Shown piece by piece: positions 46,000 through 54,557 of a stretch of DNA of 64,000 nt (its first letter is position 1; every line of letters begins with the position of its first letter). Source of the DNA: Gammaproteobacteria bacterium. Lineage in GTDB: Bacteria > Pseudomonadota > Gammaproteobacteria > Tenderiales > Tenderiaceae. The DNA is taken from assembly GCA_016200485.1 (NCBI GenBank), contig JACQEP010000007.1, positions 48,653 to 112,652 on the forward strand. Direction: 5' to 3'. Under the pieces are notes generated by a model. The model saw nothing but the letters and a program-made list of their open reading frames with translations. It did no database searches and was not told the origin of the DNA. The position numbers and the translations under genes are program-made.

Positions 46000-46560
46000 T
46001 TACCACGTCATCTTGATGCCGATCGCCATGCTTATCGCACCACCTGCCCCCAGGCCGGCATGGCCGCTGGCGGGAGCCTCACTCACTGCCCCGAGAAAAC
46101 CCAAAGTACCGAGGGTGGTCAACAGGGCATGAAGATTGTCGGGATTGTCGAAACCTTGGTTGAGTTCGATGTCATCCCAATGAAACACTAAACCAGTGAT
46201 AACTGCGCCCACGCCGAGTGCGGCTGCACCTTTAGCTAAATATTCGTGTGCACCGTCTTCCTCTTTCGGGGCTAACAAGGTTAGACCGGCCAAGCCAAGA
46301 GAACCGATACCCAGGTATTTGTGGATCTTGCTGGCGGTGACCAGATGCTCCTTGAATTTTGGTTTTGTGACAGCGGTATTCACACCAGCATGTTCAGTCG
46401 CCTCATCTTCGTTGGCTTCATCAGCGCTGGCCAGCTGCAGCCATTCGGCGCGGGGCGAGGTGTCCAGCGTCCAGCGAACGGGTTGTTCCAGTGCTTCTTC
46501 TGCAAGCACCGGCAGGCAACTGAGTACTAGTGCGCCTCCTAGTAGCCAATGTTTGTACAT
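46000..46560 (-). CDS. Hypothetical secreted/membrane protein in the cytochrome operon.
   Basis: N-terminal signal peptide. Gly/Ala-rich hydrophobic C-terminal half. Co-directional and tightly spaced with the neighbouring genes. Confidence 0.5.
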   Translation of the reverse strand: MYKHWLLGGALVLSCLPVLAEEALEQPVRWTLDTSPRAEWLQLASADEANEDEATEHAGVNTAVTKPKFKEHLVTASKIHKYLGIGSLGLAGLTLLAPKEEDGAHEYLAKGAAALGVGAVITGLVFHWDDIELNQGFDNPDNLHALLTTLGTLGFLGAVSEAPASGHAGLGAGGAISMAIGIKMTW

Positions 46561-46584
46561 GTTTGGTCTCCCTTAAAATAATTT

Positions 46585-47172
46585 TTAGTGCCCAAAATGT
46601 TGTTTGTAGCCGGTCAGCATTGCTTTGACCAGATTTTCTTTGTGTTGCACGCTGGCGAGTATCACGCCAACCACATGAAATGCTATTAGTGCCAACATCA
46701 CATTGACACAGACCTCATGAATTTCGCGGAAGGCGTATACAGTTTCATCACCAAGGTTATGTAATACACCCACCAGCGGGCCATCGAATTCAATGGTGCC
46801 GAGGATGACCAGGCCCGAAACAGTAATGATCGTTAATGCGGTGAGCAAGGCGAGTACCATCATACCGCCTGCCGGGTTGTGGCCAAGATAATGCGCAGGC
46901 TGTCCGGAGTAGATGGATTTGATGTAGTCGATTACCGTTTTTGGGCGGTAAATAAAATTGCTGAAGCGGGCGTATTGGGAACCGGCAAAGCCCCAGATGA
47001 TTCGAAATATGATGAGGCCAGTGATGAAGTAACCGAGGATGGCATGGGTTTCTTGCATCCCGAACTGAAAGGTCAAATAGGCGGCAATGAACGAGAGCAC
47101 CAGGCTCCAGTGAAAGAAGCGGACAAAGCCATCCCACACTTTTACTTGTTGGCCGGTAGCTTGTAGTGACAT
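46585..47172 (-). CDS. Cytochrome b561 / Ni-Fe hydrogenase b-type cytochrome family membrane protein.
   Basis: VKVWDGFVRFFHWSLVLSFIAAYLT..HAILGY and a second His-pair region (EIHEVCVNVMLALIAFHVVGV). Four TM segments. Confidence 0.8.
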   Translation of the reverse strand: MSLQATGQQVKVWDGFVRFFHWSLVLSFIAAYLTFQFGMQETHAILGYFITGLIIFRIIWGFAGSQYARFSNFIYRPKTVIDYIKSIYSGQPAHYLGHNPAGGMMVLALLTALTIITVSGLVILGTIEFDGPLVGVLHNLGDETVYAFREIHEVCVNVMLALIAFHVVGVILASVQHKENLVKAMLTGYKQHFGH

Positions 47173-47362
47173 AGTGCTAGCCCCTTTCGTGCGACGGCGT
47201 CGCCGTGATCTTAGATACCATTAGATATAAGCAGAATTAATTAGAGCTTAAAAAATTACAAACTAAGACCCAGTCTGTTAAATTAAGTTCACAATAACTG
47301 ACTGAATTAAAAGTTAATTTGACTATACTAACGACCGCCAGGTTGGAAAAATTGAGGGGATA

Positions 47363-47515
47363 ATGACACCAGTTTTGATAGAAGTAGGCATTTTGCTCGC
47401 CGTGCTTGGATTTTTAGGGTTTTTGGCGATGGATGATATTCGCAACCGGCGTCGGCGTGCCGAGGAAGATCGGGCCAAGGCGGAACAAGAGAGCGAAGAC
47501 GAGCGCCAGGATTAA
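47363..47515 (+). CDS. Hypothetical 50-aa single-TM peptide (MTPVLIEVGILLAVLGFLGFLAMDDIRNRRRRAEEDRAKAEQESEDERQD).
   Basis: GAGGGG 4 nt before the ATG. Hydrophobic helix followed by a charged tail. Below the ORF-track cutoff. Confidence 0.3.
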   Translation: MTPVLIEVGILLAVLGFLGFLAMDDIRNRRRRAEEDRAKAEQESEDERQD

Positions 47516-47522
47516 CAGACTG

Positions 47523-48356
47523 TTAGGCGGTCAGATGCACTTCTGCGGGCAGAGTCAGTTCCATCGCGATCGGGAGATGATCCGAAAGCGCATGATTGAC
47601 GACGTGCACGTTGTTGACCTTGACACTGCTCGAGGTCAGGATGTGATCGATGTTGCGCCATGGCCGCCAGCTGGGGAAGGTATGCAGTTCTTCTTCCGGT
47701 AAAACTAAATGGGTGTTGCGAAACAGGCGTTGCATCTCCGGACTGTCGGGTGGACAGTTGAAATCCCCCATCACACAAATATGCCGGTGTTCATTCACCA
47801 GCTCGCTGATAAAGTCGAGTTGGTTTTGGCGCGCGCGCTTGCCCAGGGCCAGATGCACTAACAGCAAGTTAAATGCGCTGTCATGGCGGCCATAACGCAC
47901 CAGTAGTGCACCGCGCCCCGGAATTAATCCCGGCAAGCGATATTCAATCGCGCCCGTCGGTTTAAAGCGGCTGAGCAGGCCATTACTGTGTTGGGCAAAT
48001 CGGCCGAGGTTGCGATTGGTCTGGCAATGCCAGAACGGAAAGCGGCCACGCTCGGCGAGATATTCGATCTGATTGACGAAATGGCTGCGCAGACTGCCGG
48101 CATCAACCTCTTGCAAGCCAACGATGTCATAGTCGCTGATCAAGTGGCCGATACGGTCGAGATTTTCAAAGGCCTTGGAATGAGGCAGCAGGTGTTTCCA
48201 GCTATGGGTCAGATAATGACGGGTGCGGGTCGAGGCCATGCCGATCTGAATATTGAAACTCAGCAGCCGCAGTTTGCTACCGGTAGCCGGGACGATAGAT
48301 TCGGCGACTGGAGCATGTTTAACATGGGTGTTATGCGTGTTCACTTGTTCCATCAC
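47523..48356 (-). CDS. Endonuclease/exonuclease/phosphatase (EEP) family protein.
   Basis: LRLLSFNIQ, IVGLQEV, VMGDFN and SDHLPI are EEP catalytic motifs. Confidence 0.8.
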   Translation of the reverse strand: MMEQVNTHNTHVKHAPVAESIVPATGSKLRLLSFNIQIGMASTRTRHYLTHSWKHLLPHSKAFENLDRIGHLISDYDIVGLQEVDAGSLRSHFVNQIEYLAERGRFPFWHCQTNRNLGRFAQHSNGLLSRFKPTGAIEYRLPGLIPGRGALLVRYGRHDSAFNLLLVHLALGKRARQNQLDFISELVNEHRHICVMGDFNCPPDSPEMQRLFRNTHLVLPEEELHTFPSWRPWRNIDHILTSSSVKVNNVHVVNHALSDHLPIAMELTLPAEVHLTA

Positions 48357-49990
48357 AATTGAAAGACCATCTCTCCCAGTTTAGACGTAAGTTTCAGGTT
48401 TTCCGAATAATCTACGGGGCAATCGATGATGCTGACGGTGTTATCGGCCAGCGCCTTATTTAGTATCGGCAGCAAGTCGCCAGTTCTTTCGACCCGGTAG
48501 CCTTTGGCGCCAAAGGCCGCGGCGTATTTGACGAAGTCCGGGTTGCCGAAACTGACATGGCTGGGGCGGCCATAGGCCTTCATCTGTTTCCATTCGATCA
48601 AGCCATAACCCCCATCGTTCCAGATCAGGATCACCAGCGGCAGCTTGAGCCGCATCGCAGTCTCGATCTCCTGGCTATTCATTAAAAACCCCGCATCGCC
48701 GGTCACGGCCACGATATTGCGATCGGGATAGGCGAGCTTGGCAGCGATAGCGCCCGGGACGGCAATGCCCATGCTGGCAAAGCCGTTGGAAATGATGCAG
48801 GTGTTGGGATGTTCGCAGCGGAACATGCGTGCCATCCACATTTTGTGCGCACCCACGTCGCAGATGGCAATGTCTTCCAGTGCCATCGCCGTGCGCAAAT
48901 CCCAGATCAGTTTTTGCGGTTTTACCGGCCAGGCATCGCTCTGCGCATGCTCGTTCATGTCCTTGATCAGCGCATCGCGCAGCGGGCGCAGTGCAGTGCC
49001 TTGATGTGGCGTCGCGGTTTCGGCGATGCGTTGCAGGCTCTGTTTGATATCGCCGACCACGCCGACCCTCACGCCGTAGTGAGAATCCACTTCCGCGGGC
49101 TGAAAGTCGATGTGAATAATGAAGCGGTCGCGCGTCGGATGCCAAAGATAAGGGTGATATTCTACCAGATCATAACCCACGCAGATAATGACATCGGCCT
49201 TATCAAAGCCAAAACCGACATGATCTTTCGCCTGCAACCCGGCGCTGCCCAGCGCCAACGGATGCTTGAATGGCAGCACACCCTTGGCCATGAAAGTGTT
49301 GGCGACAGGGATGTTGAGTTTGGTGGCGAACTCGGCCAATTGGTGTGCTGCATTGGCGCGAACCACGCCGTGTCCCGCGAGTACGATCGGATTTTTAGCG
49401 GCAGAAATCGCTGCGGCGGCAGCCTCGATACGATCTTGCGCCGGCGCTGGAATCACGGCTTGGCGTGACCACAAGGGTTCGGTGTGACCGGTCATTTCCA
49501 TGTCGGCGATGTTTTCCGGAAACTCGATAAACGCCGCGCCGGTTTTTTCGGTTTGCGCCAGTTTGAAGGCCTTGCGCACGACTTCGGGAATGATGTCCGG
49601 CATCAGCAGGCGTGCCGAGTATTTAGTGATCGGCCGGAACATTTCCTCCAGATCGAGCACCTGATGTGATTCTTTGTGTAAGCGTGCGGTAGAGGCCTGA
49701 CCGGCAATCGCCACTAATGGCGCATGATCCATATTGGCGTCGGCCACGCCGGTAATGAGATTGGTGGCACCCGGGCCGAGGGTGGAAAGACACACCCCCG
49801 CCCGGCCCGTCAGTCTGCCATAGACATCGGCCATAAAGGCCGCGCCTTGTTCATGACGGACGGTGACGAACTTGATCGATGAATCAAGCAGCGCATCCAT
49901 CATCGCCAGGTTTTCTTCGCCCGGAATACCGAAGATGTATTCCACACCTTCGTTCTCCAAACATTTGACGAATACCTGTGCCGCTTTCAT
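48353..49990 (-). CDS. Thiamine-pyrophosphate-dependent enzyme, acetolactate synthase-like.
   Basis: N-terminal TPP-Pyr domain (VEYIFGIPGEENLAMMDAL...VRHEQGAAFMAD). C-terminal TPP-binding region (GDAGFLMNSQEIETAMRLKLPLVILIWNDGGYG). Confidence 0.8.
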   Translation of the reverse strand: MKAAQVFVKCLENEGVEYIFGIPGEENLAMMDALLDSSIKFVTVRHEQGAAFMADVYGRLTGRAGVCLSTLGPGATNLITGVADANMDHAPLVAIAGQASTARLHKESHQVLDLEEMFRPITKYSARLLMPDIIPEVVRKAFKLAQTEKTGAAFIEFPENIADMEMTGHTEPLWSRQAVIPAPAQDRIEAAAAAISAAKNPIVLAGHGVVRANAAHQLAEFATKLNIPVANTFMAKGVLPFKHPLALGSAGLQAKDHVGFGFDKADVIICVGYDLVEYHPYLWHPTRDRFIIHIDFQPAEVDSHYGVRVGVVGDIKQSLQRIAETATPHQGTALRPLRDALIKDMNEHAQSDAWPVKPQKLIWDLRTAMALEDIAICDVGAHKMWMARMFRCEHPNTCIISNGFASMGIAVPGAIAAKLAYPDRNIVAVTGDAGFLMNSQEIETAMRLKLPLVILIWNDGGYGLIEWKQMKAYGRPSHVSFGNPDFVKYAAAFGAKGYRVERTGDLLPILNKALADNTVSIIDCPVDYSENLKLTSKLGEMVFQL

Positions 49991-50005
49991 GGGCGGAGTT
50001 AGGGC

Positions 50006-50638
50006 CTATTTACCTTTTGTTTCTTTAGCGACGAGATAATCGACCACGTTCATCATGCCATTGGCGCCAACGTTGTTCATGCCGGGATCAAGGCGGTATT
50101 TGCCGTTAACCACCATGCTCGGTGTTGCTTGAATACCATACCGTTTGCCCAATTCAGAAGCACGGCGCACCTTGGCATCGACGCTGAACGAGCGGAATGC
50201 CTTGTTGAAATCGGCGCGACTGACACCATTTTTCTCGAACAGATCGGCAATCGCCGCTTCATCATTCAGCGGCAGTTTTTGCAGGTGGATGGCATCAAAA
50301 AATGGTTTATGGATTTTATCGATAGCACCCAAAACCTCTGCGGCATAGAAGGCGCGGGCATAAAGTTCAAGCTGGGTATTGAAAATTGCCGGGATGCGTA
50401 TGAATTCAACATTTTTGGGTTTCGCTTTTAGCCAGCGTTCGAGGGTCGGTTCAAAGCGATAGCAATGTGAACAGCCGTAAGAAAATATTTCCGCGACTTC
50501 AATCTTGCCCTCGGTAGTGGTGGGTTGTGCCGGCACGATCAATTGATAGGCAACACCTTCCTGGTATTCAACCGCGGTTGCTGCTGTGGCGACGAATAGT
50601 GATGCCAGTAGATATAATGCAAGTTTGAGGGATTTCAT
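50006..50638 (-). CDS. dsbA: Periplasmic thiol:disulfide oxidoreductase DsbA.
   Basis: Signal peptide. Active site FSYGCSHCYRFEP (CxxC). ~210 aa. Confidence 0.85.
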   Translation of the reverse strand: MKSLKLALYLLASLFVATAATAVEYQEGVAYQLIVPAQPTTTEGKIEVAEIFSYGCSHCYRFEPTLERWLKAKPKNVEFIRIPAIFNTQLELYARAFYAAEVLGAIDKIHKPFFDAIHLQKLPLNDEAAIADLFEKNGVSRADFNKAFRSFSVDAKVRRASELGKRYGIQATPSMVVNGKYRLDPGMNNVGANGMMNVVDYLVAKETKGK

Positions 50639-50763
50639 GGTGGTTATCCTCGTGAGCTGTGAATCAAGAATTTCATTATTTGTCCCCTGCGATGAAGCAG
50701 GGCTGAATGTGGGCTGACGCCGGTGGCCCGATTGTCAACCACTTTGGCGGGAGAAACAAGAGC

Positions 50764-50885
50764 AGAGGAAAGGGAAAAGGGAAAAGATAAAAGGGGTTGT
50801 GTGCGCCTTTGGCGCACATTTAAAATCAATGCCGGCCTATGGCTGGTACATTCCCTTTACCCTTTTATCTTTTTCCTTTTCTCTC
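50764..50885. repeat. ~120-bp imperfect palindrome: purine-only tract (agaggaaagggaaaagggaaaagataaaagggg), then a perfect hairpin TGTGCGCC-ttt-GGCGCACA, then the complementary pyrimidine tract (ccctttacccttttatctttttccttttctct).
   Basis: Direct reading. Located in the divergent region between dsbA (-) and the cNMP-binding gene (+). Confidence 0.6.
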
Positions 50886-50941
50886 GTGCCCAATGTAATT
50901 TGCTATGATGGCGCCATCACCAGCTTAATGAGGAATGAACC

Positions 50942-51433
50942 ATGTCTGCCGCCAAAGGAATTGATCTCAAGGCCTTCATGAACCAGCAATATTTGTGTGA
51001 GTCATTGACCCTGAAAGAGGTCGAGACTTTGCTGGATTATACCGAACTGGTTACCTACAAGCAGCGTGACATTATCGCCAAGCGTGGCGAGGTCGGCGAG
51101 GCGCTCTATTTTGTGGTCAAGGGCGAAGCGGCGTTGATCTATGACGACAATGGCCGCGAGATGGAGGTTGGCAGGATGAAGGAAGGCGAGCTGATGGGCG
51201 AGATGTCGTTTTTCGACCGCGAACCACGGATGCTGGAAATGCGCTCGATCAGCCCTGAGACCCAGTTGTTGCGATTGCCTCGCGCTAAGTATAAGCGGTT
51301 GCGGGTTGAGCACCCTTATATTGCGGTAAATCTGCTTGAGCATGCGATTATCAGTCTCGATCATCTGGTGCGGCGATTGAGCGCCGAGGAAGTGAGCCTG
51401 TCGCGTTATATCTTCGGCCCTGGCAAGCGGTGA
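50942..51433 (+). CDS. Cyclic nucleotide-binding domain protein.
   Basis: cNMP-binding fold (ELVTYKQRDIIAKRGEVGEALYFVVKGEAALIYDDNGREMEVGRMKEGELMGEMSFF). Confidence 0.75.
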   Translation: MSAAKGIDLKAFMNQQYLCESLTLKEVETLLDYTELVTYKQRDIIAKRGEVGEALYFVVKGEAALIYDDNGREMEVGRMKEGELMGEMSFFDREPRMLEMRSISPETQLLRLPRAKYKRLRVEHPYIAVNLLEHAIISLDHLVRRLSAEEVSLSRYIFGPGKR

Positions 51434-52044
51434 ACCATCTCTATCGCAAGGCTACGTTCCTCAAGGGGGTGGCTGAACTTTCGCAGCTGCCGCCAGACAC
51501 AGGGATGGAGGTGGCCTTTGCCGGTCGTTCCAACGCCGGTAAATCTTCCGCCCTCAATTGCATCACCGATCAAAAATCGCTGGCGCGCACCAGTAAAACT
51601 CCGGGTCGCACCCAGCAGATCAATTTTTTCCGCCTCGATTTGCAGCGTGCCCTGGTCGATCTGCCGGGTTACGGCTACGCCAAAGTTGCAATAAATGTCA
51701 AACGCCATTGGCAACAGACGCTGGAAGGATACATTCGTCAGCGTCATGCGTTGGTGGGCGTGGTGGTGGTGATGGACATTCGCCATCCGCTCACTGATTT
51801 CGATCGCGAGATGGTGGGCTGGTGTCAGCACCTGGGGCGTCCGGTGCATATCCTGCTGACCAAGGCCGACAAGCTGAGTCGCAGCGCAGGCATGAACGTT
51901 CTCCAGCAAGTTGGGCGTGATCTGGAGCGGGAATATCGTGGTGGCCCGGGGGTGACGGTGCAACTTTTTTCTGCGCACGATAAAAGCGGTGTCGATGAAG
52001 TGCGGGCGGTGCTCGACGGCTGGCTGGACGTGGCGGCTGGTTAG
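51430..52044 (+). CDS. engB: Ribosome-biogenesis GTPase YihA/EngB.
   Basis: G1 (AFAGRSNAGKSSALN), G2/G3 (TPGRTQQINFF...VDLPGYGYA), G4 (TKADK). ~204 aa. Confidence 0.88.
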   Translation: MNHLYRKATFLKGVAELSQLPPDTGMEVAFAGRSNAGKSSALNCITDQKSLARTSKTPGRTQQINFFRLDLQRALVDLPGYGYAKVAINVKRHWQQTLEGYIRQRHALVGVVVVMDIRHPLTDFDREMVGWCQHLGRPVHILLTKADKLSRSAGMNVLQQVGRDLEREYRGGPGVTVQLFSAHDKSGVDEVRAVLDGWLDVAAG

Positions 52045-52084
52045 CTGTTAGCGATAACCGTTATTTACCTTTTGATTTTTAATA

Positions 52085-52567
52085 AAAAAGAAGCCCCGAG
52101 TTTCTTTAGGGAGAAAATCGGGGCTCAACAAACCACCAGGGGAATGGTGGGTGTCCCGCGTGAGGGAGGAGATGCGGGACTGAACTGTCACGTTCATATC
52201 TATTGACAGGCCTCTGAGAAAAAAGTTCAATGCAGGTACGCCTTGTTGTGGGTATGGCAGACCAGGGGGAATGTCAGTGCCGCAGCATCCCTCCGCAGGG
52301 CGGGTGGTAGAGAGGGAAACTCAAGTACCAATAGCAGGATCGTTGCCGTTCTATCGTTAGGAAATGGACAAAAAAAAGCCCCGGATTTCATTGGAGGGAA
52401 CCGGGGCCAAGAACCTATCCCGGCTTGGGGTTACCGGGTAGAGGGGTTCCGCTCAGGGAGGGAGAGCGGAACTGAGCACATTGGGGTGTACTCACATACA
52501 TAGATCGGCACAAACTGGAAAAGTTCAAGGGCCAAAGTGAAATATTTTCACTTTGGCTTATTTTTTA
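52085..52567 (+). ncRNA. Candidate Csr/Rsm-family (CsrB/CsrC/RsmZ-like) regulatory sRNA locus, either one ~480-nt RNA or two tandem units.
   Basis: About 18 GGA motifs on the + strand versus about 5 on the - strand. Several sit in hairpin loops: GCCCCGAgtttctttaGGGAGaaaaTCGGGGC, CACCAggggaaTGGTG, CCCGCgtgaGGGAGGAGatGCGGG, GCCCCGGatttcattGGAGGGAaCCGGGGC and gctcaGGGAGGGAGagc. Internal TTGACA-17-TTCAAT at 52203-52231. Ends with an intrinsic terminator. Lies directly after engB, the position csrC occupies in E. coli. Confidence 0.45.
52531..52567 (+). terminator. Rho-independent terminator GCCAAAGTGAAA-tatt-TTCACTTTGGC followed by TTATTTTTT.
   Basis: Perfect 12-bp stem followed by a T-run, read directly from the sequence. 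Confidence 0.75.
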
Positions 52568-52667
52568 ATGACTTACGGGATGTTAAAGAAAGGGCTGGGT
52601 TTCAGTCTCTTCTGCAAAAACCAAGCGGCAAGGATACCCCCTAACGAAAAGCAATGCCGGTAGCGAT

Positions 52668-52815
52668 CTAAGAGCCTGTTCACGATCTCGCTGAAGGGCG
52701 CATCGCGGCGTTGGAAACGGGCTCAAAATGCTCATGTACTGCGTGTACACTCCGCTTTTTCGCCCCTTTCCGCCTTGCGCTGCATCCCTTGATCGAGATC
52801 GTGAACAGGCTCTAA
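52668..52815. repeat. 148-bp element bounded by 23-bp terminal inverted repeats (CTAAGAGCCTGTTCACGATCTCG / CGAGATCGTGAACAGGCTCTAAG; 20-bp core perfect, 1 mismatch), 45 bp upstream of the SulP start. Candidate MITE or large leader structure.
   Basis: Direct reading. The arms extend imperfectly inward (gaagggcgcatcgcg / cgccttgcgctgcatccctt). Contains an inner GTAC-tgcgt-GTAC palindrome. Confidence 0.6.
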
Positions 52816-52859
52816 GTATTGGGTTATGATGGACTGCTAATCCCCGTAGACCTTTTTCG

Positions 52860-54527
52860 ATGATCGCAATCCATGAAGCATGGCGGGCCGGGCTGCTCAA
52901 ACGCGAGCATTGGGCCTCGAATATCATTTCCGGCATTATCGTCGGCGTGGTGGCGTTGCCGCTGGCAATGGCCTTTGCCATTGCTTCCGGCGCCAAACCC
53001 GAGCAGGGGCTGTATACCGCCATCATTGCCGGGCTGTTCGTGTCCGCCTTTGGCGGCAGCCGACTGCAGATCGCAGGGCCGACGGGCGCTTTTATTGTGA
53101 TCCTCGCCAGCATTACAGCCCACTACGGTATTGATGGCCTGCAAATAGCGACGCTGATGGCCGGTATCATGCTGGTGTTGCTGGGTGTGGCGCGCCTGGG
53201 CGCCATCATCAAGTTTATTCCCCATCCCGTTATCGTCGGGTTCACCGCCGGCATCGGTGTCATTATCTGGGTGGGGCAGTGGCAAGCCTTCTTTGGCTTG
53301 AACGTCAGTCCTGACGGCCATTTTCACGAAAAGGTCTGGCGTCTGTTTCAGGCCTTGCCGGATTTTCATCTGGCGACGACCGCGCTGGCGTTAGGCAGTT
53401 TGGCGTTGCTGATTTTTACATCGCATATACCACTGTTGCGGCGGGTGCCGGGGCCGCTGGTGGCGATGGTGGTGGCGACGGCGCTCCAGGCCGTGTTTCA
53501 CTTCGAGGGTGTGGTCACCATCGGCAGCGCCTTTGGCGGTATTCCGCAAGGACTACCGAGTTTCGGTCTGCCCGAGATTACGTTGCCACGCATTATTGAG
53601 TTGATTGGTCCTGCGTTCACCATCGCCATGCTTGGTGCTATTGAGTCGTTGCTCTCGGCAGTGGTGGCTGATGGCATGGCGGGTACCAAGCACGACTCCA
53701 ATCAGGAGCTGATCGGTCAGGGTCTGGCCAATATCGCGGCGCCGATGTTCGGCGGTTTTGCCGCCACCGGCGCGATTGCCCGCACCGCCACCAACGTACG
53801 CAATGGTGGCACCAGCCCGCTGGCGGGCATCACTCACGCGCTGACGCTGGTGCTTATCATTTTGTTTCTGGCGCCGCTGGCGGCGAGCATACCGCTGTGC
53901 GCCCTGGCGGCAATTTTGTTCGTTGTCGCCTGGAACATGAGCGAGGTTAAACATTTCGTCCGCATGCTGACGCGCGCGCCGCGGGCCGACGTGGTGATCT
54001 TGCTCATCACCTTTATACTTACGGTATTCGCCGATCTGGTAGTGGCCGTCAATATCGGTGTGATTCTGGCCACACTGCACTTCCTGCGCCGCATGGCGTC
54101 GTCGGTCGAGGTGCAGCAACTGACCGAAAAAGAGATAGAGGCGGAGCTGACGTATCGCGGTGGCGTGCAGTTCCCGCATGGCGTGCTGGTTTACGCTATC
54201 GAGGGACCATTTTTCTTCGGCGCGGTGGAAAATTTCGAACGTGCGCTGGCGCAAACAAGTACAGATCCGCGTATTCTTATTCTTCGTCTGCGACGAGTGC
54301 CATTTATGGACATTACCGGTCTCAAGGCGCTGGAGGATGTAATCCGGCAGCTGGAAAGACGTCATATCAGCGTATTGTTAAGTGAGGCCAATCCGCGCGT
54401 CAGGGCGAAGATGGAGCGGGCCGGCATCATTGAACAGATCGGTGTCGAACATTACTTCGACGATTTTTCCGCCGCGCTGGCATATTGCGATGCCGTGACA
54501 GGCGTGAGTGAAATCAATCAATCGTAG
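52860..54527 (+). CDS. SulP-family anion (sulfate/bicarbonate) permease with a C-terminal STAS domain.
   Basis: SulP signature region (IISGIIVGVVALPLAMAFAIASGAKPEQGLYTAIIAGL). 10-12 TM segments. C-terminal STAS domain (VLVYAIEGPFFFGAVENF...ILILRLRRVPFMDITGLKALED). Confidence 0.88.
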   Translation: MIAIHEAWRAGLLKREHWASNIISGIIVGVVALPLAMAFAIASGAKPEQGLYTAIIAGLFVSAFGGSRLQIAGPTGAFIVILASITAHYGIDGLQIATLMAGIMLVLLGVARLGAIIKFIPHPVIVGFTAGIGVIIWVGQWQAFFGLNVSPDGHFHEKVWRLFQALPDFHLATTALALGSLALLIFTSHIPLLRRVPGPLVAMVVATALQAVFHFEGVVTIGSAFGGIPQGLPSFGLPEITLPRIIELIGPAFTIAMLGAIESLLSAVVADGMAGTKHDSNQELIGQGLANIAAPMFGGFAATGAIARTATNVRNGGTSPLAGITHALTLVLIILFLAPLAASIPLCALAAILFVVAWNMSEVKHFVRMLTRAPRADVVILLITFILTVFADLVVAVNIGVILATLHFLRRMASSVEVQQLTEKEIEAELTYRGGVQFPHGVLVYAIEGPFFFGAVENFERALAQTSTDPRILILRLRRVPFMDITGLKALEDVIRQLERRHISVLLSEANPRVRAKMERAGIIEQIGVEHYFDDFSAALAYCDAVTGVSEINQS

Positions 54528-54557
54528 GGGCGATTCATGAATCGCCCCGTGGCTTGG

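Noticed and set aside
48675-49487. Overlapping ORFs within the TPP-enzyme gene (48675..49145-, 48809..49468+, 49266..49487+)
   Set aside because: They are alternative-frame artefacts inside a well-supported 545-aa TPP-dependent enzyme gene.
52076-52408. Two hairpin+T-run structures that, read on the minus strand, look like intrinsic terminators (suggesting minus-strand sRNAs)
   Set aside because: GGA motifs are enriched about 4:1 on the plus strand, and the plus strand ends in its own strong terminator. I therefore favour a plus-strand Csr-like RNA in which these hairpins are GGA-loop CsrA sites. The minus-strand possibility is not excluded and is noted under the finding.
52045-52860. Spot 42 (spf) between polA and engB, as in E. 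coli
   Set aside because: I compared against the remembered spf sequence and found no similarity. The gap is instead occupied by the GGA-rich element and the SulP gene.
52048-53369. Minus-strand ORFs 52048..52230, 52583..53113 and 52824..53369
   Set aside because: They lie in the candidate sRNA region or antisense to the well-supported SulP gene. They have no RBS or motifs and show typical antisense-ORF composition.
53553-54365. 270-aa minus-strand ORF inside the SulP gene
   Set aside because: It is antisense to a gene with clear SulP/STAS signatures and carries none itself.
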